Assembly: GCA_044225505.1 (NCBI GenBank)
Contig: JBGAIN010000017.1
Span: 61,741 to 81,740, forward strand
DNA from: Limisphaerales bacterium
Lineage (GTDB): Bacteria; Verrucomicrobiota; Verrucomicrobiia; Limisphaerales; SIBE01
Length of the DNA stretch: 20,000 bases
Direction of reading: 5' to 3'
Position numbers and translations under genes: made by a program. This document shows positions 1 to 6,619 of the stretch, piece after piece; the first letter of the stretch is position 1; every line of letters starts with the position of its first letter. The notes beneath the pieces are model-generated. The model searched no databases and was not told the origin of the DNA. It saw only the letters and a list, made by a program, of their open reading frames with translations.

Positions 1-721
1 GACCTTCGGCCTCCAGCAGCGCGCGGTCATAACAGGCTCGTACCACATAATCACATCCCGCTGCTTGGCAGCGCGCAAATAATTCGTAGATGTCGCTCTC
101 TCGATCCGCCAGGTAGATCCGCTGATTGCCTGGAAGCCCTGGCGGTAACTCCGCCAGCACTCGTCCCCAGCGTTCGGATTCGCGGGCACGCGAGAATTTC
201 CTCTTCTTTGGTTCATAGCCGCAACGCACGCCTGAGCCCCGGGTAAATTCTTGCGTACGCACCCAGCGGTGCTGACCAGCCAAGCCCAATAAGCCTACCC
301 GGGGCCGCCCCTCTGAATCGCGCCCGTGAACTTTCAAGGCCAAGGTCGTATGCAAATTGAATCCACGCCCGGTGTCATCCCCAATGCGGCCAACGCCTTT
401 GAGACTGGGATGGGCGCTGTAATCCAGCAGGGTTGTATCTTCGATGAGCAAGTATTGGCCGGGACAAGCAGAGGCGGCTCGCACCTGTTTGAGATGCGGT
501 TCTAGAGCCTTTTCCAAAGTTAAAGCTGGATTGTCTAATAGTCGGTAAGCGGCTTTGAGATCCTTCCACTTGGGCAACGCCCCAGGCAAGGTGCCGGTGG
601 GGCACGCCGCTAAAGCAGCTGCGACATTAACCAAGCGGCGAACTCGCCGGCAATCGCCCAAAGCAACCGAGCTAAATTGTTGTTCTGCCCACTGCGCGCA
701 GGTCAGCAAAGAGTTTTGCAT
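1..721 (-). CDS. IS4-family (IS50/Tn5-like) DDE transposase, 5' part; runs off the left edge of the window
   Basis: Not in the ORF track because it has no stop in the window. Manual translation from ATG at 721 is open for 240 codons: MQNSLLTCAQWAEQQFSSVALGDCRRVRRLV...WKDLKAAYRLLDN...YLLIEDTTLLDY...GRGFNLHTTLAL...RESERW...IYLADRESDIYELF...YVVRACYDR. This matches the Tn5-type N-terminal DNA-binding motif (WA..F...LGD.R..RL...KAAYR..N) and the first two catalytic Asp motifs (DTT, DRE.DI). Confidence 0.93.
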   Translation of the reverse strand, partial: MQNSLLTCAQWAEQQFSSVALGDCRRVRRLVNVAAALAACPTGTLPGALPKWKDLKAAYRLLDNPALTLEKALEPHLKQVRAASACPGQYLLIEDTTLLDYSAHPSLKGVGRIGDDTGRGFNLHTTLALKVHGRDSEGRPRVGLLGLAGQHRWVRTQEFTRGSGVRCGYEPKKRKFSRARESERWGRVLAELPPGLPGNQRIYLADRESDIYELFARCQAAGCDYVVRACYDRALLEAEG

Positions 722-796
722 GACCAGCGAGTTTAGGCATCAGTACAAAAAGTACAAGAGACAAAATGGCACACCTTATTTGTGGGTAGAAGACCG
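1..796 (-). mobile_element. IS4-family (IS50 group) insertion sequence, partial; candidate terminal inverted repeat at 778-796
   Basis: The minus-strand 19-mer CGGTCTTCTACCCACAAAT (796->778) lies just upstream of the transposase start. By manual comparison it matches the IS50 outside end CTGACTCTTATACACAAGT at 12/19 positions. The other end is outside the window. Confidence 0.8.
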
Positions 797-1375
797 TTAA
801 AACGCCGAGCTATTCTCGAGGTGCCCCATCCGGCCTCGGAGAACAGTGCAGATGGCATTAGAGATAAATTACGCTCCAGTCATTTCTTTCCAAAGAGAGT
901 AAGGTCAGCCTGAAAATTTCAGCCGCCCACTGGGTTTAGCGTGGCGACAGGAACATACGTCTCGTCACCCGGGTAATTCATGCCACATCGCCAGACGGTA
1001 AGCGCCGGTTTCGAAGCTTAAGTCGGTTACATTCGTGCCGTTCGTTCACTGGTCACGGCTTCTGGTGACTGGTTACAGCGTCGTGAAGCTGTAAGCAACC
1101 TGTTTCCGGGCCGTTAGTGCTGTCCATTACGGGCAAGCGGATCCAGGGCGAGGCTAACGCGTTTATCAATTGAGTGGACGGGTGTGCGACAAATCTCGGG
1201 TTACCTAGCCGTTTTCGGGGCAGATAGTTACGCTGCGTGGTGACGATATCTCAGTACCAACCCCCCGGTTTTACAGAACTACCTTGCCGCAGATGAACGA
1301 GTTACGAACGCTTACACTCTGCGGCTAATCCTTCGGATACACCCGGCGCCCCGTGAAATGGAAAACCCGTTAATG

Positions 1376-1425
1376 GGCTGGCAGCGAGCGACCTGAATGA
1401 AAGCCTGATTCAATCCAGCCTTTTT
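1376..1425 (+). terminator. Possible intrinsic terminator-like hairpin
   Basis: GGCTGG (1376-1381) pairs with CCAGCC (1415-1420), with an inner TGAAT/ATTCA stem, and is followed by TTTTT. The stem is interrupted and long, so the call is weak. Confidence 0.25.
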
Positions 1426-1438
1426 CGTTCAGACCCCT

Positions 1439-1468
1439 ATGAGACCAGGATCGTGATCCTGGTCTCAT
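1439..1468. repeat. Perfect 14-bp inverted repeat with a 2-nt spacer
   Basis: ATGAGACCAGGATC-GT-GATCCTGGTCTCAT read directly. It is followed by a direct repeat of CTGTTCTAA with an 11-bp period (1470-1489). Confidence 0.85.
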
Positions 1469-1870
1469 CCTGTTCTAAGGCTGTTCTAAAGCGGTCTTGA
1501 ACGGAGAAGTAACTCCCGAAAAGGAGCGTGACCGCGCCCGTCGAATTGCAGCCGATGCTGGGATACGCATTACCCGCGGGATCGGCGATTCCTCTCGGCC
1601 CGTTGGTGAGGGGACGCCGTCCAGCCATCGGATCCGAGAGGAACGCACCCCAACGAGAGCCTGCGGAATTAGGGGCAGCACACTAGGTCAGGGAGTGAGA
1701 TCGTCGCCCAGTCCCGTCGCCGCCAGCTCATGTCGTAACAACCATTATTTCCCTGTTCTCCACGAATTTCCTCGTGCCGAGGGTTGATCCGGGAGGATAA
1801 TCGGGGTGTCGTTGGGCCAGGATTCGGGCCGTTGCTGGAGACCATGTCTGGAAGCATTACTTTACGTTCC

Positions 1871-4582
1871 ATGACCTCACTGATGAAGACTTGGTGCCTC
1901 GGGTTAGCGTTCGTGATCTATGCCTCGGTTACGGCCGCCGCCGGAACCAATCTTGTCTTCAATGGCTCATTTGAATCTAACTTGCTCAGGTCCGATGCGC
2001 CCGATGGCTGGGCGGTGGCAGGTAACCTTGCCGTGAAGCAGCGGCTCGTCTGCGATGCAGGTCATGATGGCACATTCTGCGCGAAGCTCGAATGCACCGA
2101 GTTCACCGGCGATGGCCAGGACTACCACGCGATGCTCTGCCAGGCAGGCCGCCTCAGCGTCCGACGCGACCAGTGGTATCGGCTGGCGTTTTGGGCCAGA
2201 GGCCAAGGCATAAAGGGCGGCGCGGTGGAAGTGGCCCTGAGCGACACCAGCTCCTGGGAAAACGCGGGACTTGCCGATGCGTTCAAAACCAGCACGCGCT
2301 GGGAGCGGTTCGAGTTGTTCTTCCGAGCCAAGTTCGACTTGTCGGCCGCTAGGAGTCGGCTCCAGTTTTGGTTCAAGAGCACGGGCACGCTGTGGCTGGA
2401 CGAGGTGGAGCTGACCGAGTTCGCCGAGGGGCAGCAGTGGTTTCCACAAATCTCGACCGAGAATTTGAAGAACTTCGTGCCGAACAGCAGTTTCGAGTGC
2501 GGCACGGCGGGTTGGGGCAGCTACACATGGGGACTGGCGGGTTGGGCGGGAAATCTCTACCGCCTTGAGGGTGAGCTGGACAGTGCTGTCGCCCAGCATG
2601 GCCAGCACTCGCTCAGAATCTCACTCGATCCCGCGACACTGCCAGTGTTTTGGTTCGACTACTACGAGCCAGCTCGCCATCCCGTCCGCCGCGTCCTCGT
2701 GGCCAATCGCGGCTGGTTCCGCGTGAAACCGGGCGAGCGGCTCACGTTGTCTGCGTTCCTCCGCGCCGATGCGGATCCAGTGACGGCGCAGCTTGTTGCC
2801 GTGGAACCGGGTGACCACACAGCGCGCCAGGCCGTAAGCGTCGGCCGCGACTGGAAGCGGCAGGAATTCAGCTTTGTCCCTTCGCAGCCATTCGTGTTCA
2901 TCGCGGTAGGTTTGGACCTTGAGGCTTCGCAGCGCACGGCAGCGACCCTCTGGGTGGACGCAATCCAATTGGAGCACGGAGCGCAGGCCACCGCCTACGG
3001 GCCACGCCGGGCCGTCGAATCGTTTATCGAAAGCGGTGTGGCAGGCAATATCTTCACCAACCTCGCCCAGGGCGCTGCTTTCACGGCACGCGCCTATAAC
3101 AACACGGATTTCTCAACGGAGTTCGAAGGCCGATTGACGGTAACGGATTTCTTCGACCGGAGTATCTTCACGAACGCCTACCGGATAAAGTTGCCTGCCC
3201 ATGGCGGCGAAAGCCTCCGCGTGAACGGTATAAGTTCCAACCGACGCGGCTTCTTTCAGGCAAACTGGGCTGTGGAGGAGAGCTTCCAATCCCTGCGCGG
3301 CGCGATCACCGAACCGACGGATGAGCGCTTGGCCGATTCACCGTTCGGTTTCAATCACGCCTACCCATGGGACTTCCTGGTCAGCCTCGCTCGCGAAGCG
3401 GGCATTGTCTGGTGGCGGGATTGGTCTGCCAAATGGCAAACGGTCGAGCCGAATAAGGATCAGTTCGACTGGACCATACCGGACCAGCAAATCCGCCGAG
3501 TGCTCGGACTGAACAGCGAAGTCGAAGTGCTGCTCCCGTTCCCGTCGACCTCATGGTCCACCAGAGCACGAAGCGACGAGGTCGCAAAAGCGGCGGGAGG
3601 GGACAGCTATCTCCGCACGCGACTGCCGCTGGCTTACGCGCCGAAAGACCTGAGCGATTTCGGCCGTTACGCGAGCGAGACCGTCCGCCATTATCACCGA
3701 AGCGAACCGCGCGGCGTCACGCATTTCCAGATTCTCAACGAGCCGGTCTACACCGATTACGCGTTACCGCAGCAGTTCGGCTACAAGCTGGAGGATTATC
3801 TTCAACTGCTAGAGGTTGCCTATCGCGCAATCAAGGTCGCCGATCCACTGGCGGTGGTCGTCGGCGGCATCAGCGCGGGCCTGGAATCCGGCTGGACGAC
3901 TGACTTTGTGAAGCGGGGAGGACTTCGCTTTGTGGATGTTCTTGACCTCCACAACTACGATCCCGCGCGCAGTGCGGAAAGCTTCGAAGAGTCGTTCCGC
4001 TCGCTCGAAGAGCTCATGCGCGCTCCGGGAGGCCCTAAGCCAGTGTGGATCACCGAATGGGGCTGCTACGCCGACGATGATCCCCCCTCCGTCCCGCAAA
4101 CCGTCGGCGACGCGACGATGAACCGCTGCCGCTGGCCGAGCGAGCGAGCCGCCACCGAGCACATCGTTAAGTTCACTGCAGTCTCCTTTGCCCATGGTGT
4201 GCGAAAGATATTTTTCCACGCGGGGACCTGCGGCACAATCAACGGAGCCGACGCGGGCGGGGTTTTCTTTGAGTATGGAGGCGCACCGCGACGGATGTAT
4301 GCGGGCGTTGCCGCGCTAACGAAGCTCCTGGGCGTGCCGGAGACTTGCCAGCGCATCGTGCATCGCGAGGGCGCAATCGCCTACTTCTTTCGCTCTGGCG
4401 GCAAGTCGGTCGCCATCGCCTGGTCCAGCCGCGAAGGCAAAGTCCCGCTGACGCCCATCCCTGGGGTGGATGTGCGCGACATTATGGGCAATCCCGTCGA
4501 GACGAACGCCTCGGTATTGAGCGAAACACCGGTCTACCTGCTCGGGACCGATGCTGACCTCGTGGAGCGAGCTTTACCTTGA
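1871..4582 (+). CDS. Secreted modular glycoside hydrolase: two CBM4/9-like domains + clan GH-A (GH39-like) catalytic domain
   Basis: ORF 1784..4582, with the likely start at ATG 1871 or 1883 ahead of a signal peptide (MKTWCLGLAFVIYASVTAAA). Two carbohydrate-binding-like repeats begin NLVFNGSFE and NFVPNSSFE and end LWLDEVEL and LWVDAIQLE. The catalytic region has W..VEP...FDW, QILNEP (acid/base), LDLHNY and PVWITEWG (nucleophile). The C-terminus DIMGNP...LSETPVYL is typical of this architecture. Confidence 0.82.
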   Translation: MTSLMKTWCLGLAFVIYASVTAAAGTNLVFNGSFESNLLRSDAPDGWAVAGNLAVKQRLVCDAGHDGTFCAKLECTEFTGDGQDYHAMLCQAGRLSVRRDQWYRLAFWARGQGIKGGAVEVALSDTSSWENAGLADAFKTSTRWERFELFFRAKFDLSAARSRLQFWFKSTGTLWLDEVELTEFAEGQQWFPQISTENLKNFVPNSSFECGTAGWGSYTWGLAGWAGNLYRLEGELDSAVAQHGQHSLRISLDPATLPVFWFDYYEPARHPVRRVLVANRGWFRVKPGERLTLSAFLRADADPVTAQLVAVEPGDHTARQAVSVGRDWKRQEFSFVPSQPFVFIAVGLDLEASQRTAATLWVDAIQLEHGAQATAYGPRRAVESFIESGVAGNIFTNLAQGAAFTARAYNNTDFSTEFEGRLTVTDFFDRSIFTNAYRIKLPAHGGESLRVNGISSNRRGFFQANWAVEESFQSLRGAITEPTDERLADSPFGFNHAYPWDFLVSLAREAGIVWWRDWSAKWQTVEPNKDQFDWTIPDQQIRRVLGLNSEVEVLLPFPSTSWSTRARSDEVAKAAGGDSYLRTRLPLAYAPKDLSDFGRYASETVRHYHRSEPRGVTHFQILNEPVYTDYALPQQFGYKLEDYLQLLEVAYRAIKVADPLAVVVGGISAGLESGWTTDFVKRGGLRFVDVLDLHNYDPARSAESFEESFRSLEELMRAPGGPKPVWITEWGCYADDDPPSVPQTVGDATMNRCRWPSERAATEHIVKFTAVSFAHGVRKIFFHAGTCGTINGADAGGVFFEYGGAPRRMYAGVAALTKLLGVPETCQRIVHREGAIAYFFRSGGKSVAIAWSSREGKVPLTPIPGVDVRDIMGNPVETNASVLSETPVYLLGTDADLVERALP

Positions 4583-4590
4583 ACCCCAGC

Positions 4591-5961
4591 ATGAAGACCT
4601 TCCCAGCCACAAACCACACCGCAATCCTGGCGGTGCTGCTCGCATTCTCCCCGCTGGTTAGCGCCGCCGGTGAGTCGGACATTGTCCGCGTGCAGTTTCG
4701 AGAAGTGGACACGCTCTTTGCCAATCCCGGCCAGGGCTGGATGAGCCAGCAGCGCAGCCCACGCGGGGAACCGAGATTTCCCTGCTCGGTTGTTTATATC
4801 CGCTTCAACTGGGCCGACGCTGAGCCGGAGGAAGGGAAATTCAATTGGAAGGTCATCGATGACGTGATCGCCGCCTGGAAACCGCGCGGCGTTGCTGTGG
4901 CCATGCGTGTGATGACCTGCAACGCTCACAGCAGCGGCTATTACACTTCGCCCAAGTGGCTGTTCGACGCTGGCTGCAAGAGCTTTGAGTATCTCGTCGG
5001 CGGTGATGATCCGACCAGCGGCGGCAAGCGCGTGCCGCGCATCGAACCGGACTATGCCGACCCGATCTACCTCGAGAAACACGGCGCGTTTCTCAAGGCG
5101 CTGGGCGACCGATACGATGGCCGTTCAGACGTGGAGTTCCTCGACATCGGCTCCTACGGTGTTTGGGGCGAATGGCACACGCAGCACCCTGCGCCTCTGG
5201 CGGTGCGAAAACAGATCGTCGATCTCTACCTGCGTGCTTTCCGCAAAACGCCGCTCGTATTCATGTCCGACGATGCCGAGGTGCTGAACTACGCGCTCGC
5301 CCACGGCACCGGATTCCGACGCGACGGTGTCGGTTCGCCCTGGCACGAACAGAACTGGATCGGGTCGAAAAAGTACACCGGCGTTGCAGGCATGGCGGAG
5401 ACCTGGAAACATGCTCCGGTGGTGTTTGAGTGGTTCGGTGACTATGCCTACCTCCAATCTCGCCAGTGGTCGTTCAACGCGGCGGTGGAATTCATGCTCA
5501 ACAACCACGTCACCTTGATCAACGACAATATCGGGCGCGTGCCGTCCGAAGCGATGCCGCCGCTGGAGAAACTGGCTCGATTGGCCGGCGCCCGCTTCGT
5601 GTTGCGCGAACTGGCGCACGAGAGAATCGTCAAGCGCGGCACGCCGTTAAATCTTCAGATGAAATGGGCCAACGTGGGCGTCGGCAAGCTTCAGAATCCC
5701 TACGCGCTCCGCCTCGCCCTGCTTGACGGGACGGGCAAACCTCTCCTCAACCTTGATGCCAAAACTGATCCACGTGACTGGCTCCCAGGCGAACATAGTC
5801 TCACCGAGAGGGTTCCGGTTCCTGTTGCGATGGAAGCAGGGGAATACTCGGTAGCCCTTGCGCTCGTGGATCCCAGCACCCAGCGCCGCCCCTGGCGACT
5901 GGCAATCGCCGCGCCTGAGAGCGAGGGCCGGTATGAAGTCAGCAAGGTCAAGGTGGAATGA
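4591..5961 (+). CDS. Secreted DUF4832-domain protein, GH42/GH35-like TIM-barrel glycosidase
   Basis: Signal peptide, then NPGQGW, YIRFNWADAEPEEGKFNW, GSYGVWGEWH and VVFEW motifs, and a C-terminal LARLAGARF...W.NVG...WLPGE Ig-like DUF4832 domain. It directly follows the upstream gene; an alternative TTG start at 4579 overlaps that gene's stop. Confidence 0.8.
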   Translation: MKTFPATNHTAILAVLLAFSPLVSAAGESDIVRVQFREVDTLFANPGQGWMSQQRSPRGEPRFPCSVVYIRFNWADAEPEEGKFNWKVIDDVIAAWKPRGVAVAMRVMTCNAHSSGYYTSPKWLFDAGCKSFEYLVGGDDPTSGGKRVPRIEPDYADPIYLEKHGAFLKALGDRYDGRSDVEFLDIGSYGVWGEWHTQHPAPLAVRKQIVDLYLRAFRKTPLVFMSDDAEVLNYALAHGTGFRRDGVGSPWHEQNWIGSKKYTGVAGMAETWKHAPVVFEWFGDYAYLQSRQWSFNAAVEFMLNNHVTLINDNIGRVPSEAMPPLEKLARLAGARFVLRELAHERIVKRGTPLNLQMKWANVGVGKLQNPYALRLALLDGTGKPLLNLDAKTDPRDWLPGEHSLTERVPVPVAMEAGEYSVALALVDPSTQRRPWRLAIAAPESEGRYEVSKVKVE

Positions 5962-5965
5962 ATGA

Positions 5966-6505
5966 CTGGCTCTCACGAATCCGAACGGGAAAGTGACGCA
6001 AATGCATTACCTGTATTCTTATGCCCAGGCAGATGGCAAAAACTTCATCCCCTACTACGGAGCATTCGTTCAGGAATACCACACCAAGAATCAGCAAGTG
6101 ATCGTTACTCTGGGTGCCAACGGTGTAGTTGAGTCCATTTCAAAAAGTTTTGGCGGCTTAAACTCAATGGCTGGAGTAGCAGCTGAGCAACCGAAAGCTA
6201 ACGCCACAATCGACGCCGTTCAGACGTCCTCCAAGCCAGCCACTCAAACCACTGCACTTGCGTCGACGACGACGCCGAGTCCCATCACGGAGGCCCCCAA
6301 ACCCCCGACACAGCCCCAACCGGACTTTTCCCAGGTTCAAATCGGAATGAGCTCCGCCGAGGTCCTCAAGTTGATGGGTCCCCCTGCGCAAAAGCAGACC
6401 GGCCAGGACGGATCGCCACTTTGGAAATGGCCCACACGTTCTAATTCCTGGGCGTGGGCGGGATTCTCGGGCGGCAAAGTGTCGGCGACTTGGGTATCGA
6501 AATAG
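5966..6505 (+). pseudogene. 5'-truncated BamE/SmpA-OmlA-like domain protein (partial domain, Pro/Thr linker, complete C-terminal domain)
   Basis: The C-terminal DFSQVQIGMSSAEVLKLMGPP...GSPLWKW...FSGGKV is SmpA/OmlA-like. The N-terminal part (TNPNGKVTQMHYLYSY...FIPYYGAF...VIVTLGANGVV) looks like the second half of another such domain. The frame is closed by TGA at 5963-5965, and there is no signal or lipobox sequence. Confidence 0.55.
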
Positions 6506-6619
6506 GTCCGGGGGATGTAAACACTGTACTTGTTGCTAAGTGAACAATCGTTCCCGATGACTGGTCGCGGCGTAGCGTTTGTGCGTGCGTTGGGTGAAGG
6601 AGATGTTCAATCTGCGACA

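Noticed and set aside
375..800. Track ORFs 375..605 (-) and 555..800 (+)
   Set aside because: They are alternative frames over the IS4 transposase and its end.
1083..1125. GTGAAGCTGTAAGCAACC...GTGC resembling a SAM-I riboswitch core
   Set aside because: There is no P1 ATC..GAG, no kink-turn P2 GAGGGA..GGCCC and no AGGTGC.AA motif.
1184..1192. GTGCGAC, like a group II intron 5' end
   Set aside because: No domain V/VI consensus or reverse transcriptase is found downstream.
1488..1570. KAVLNGEVTPEKERDRARRIAADAG, reminiscent of a BON-domain fragment (ORF 1497..1787)
   Set aside because: It is too short, and the rest of the ORF is not protein-like. It cannot be supported without a search.
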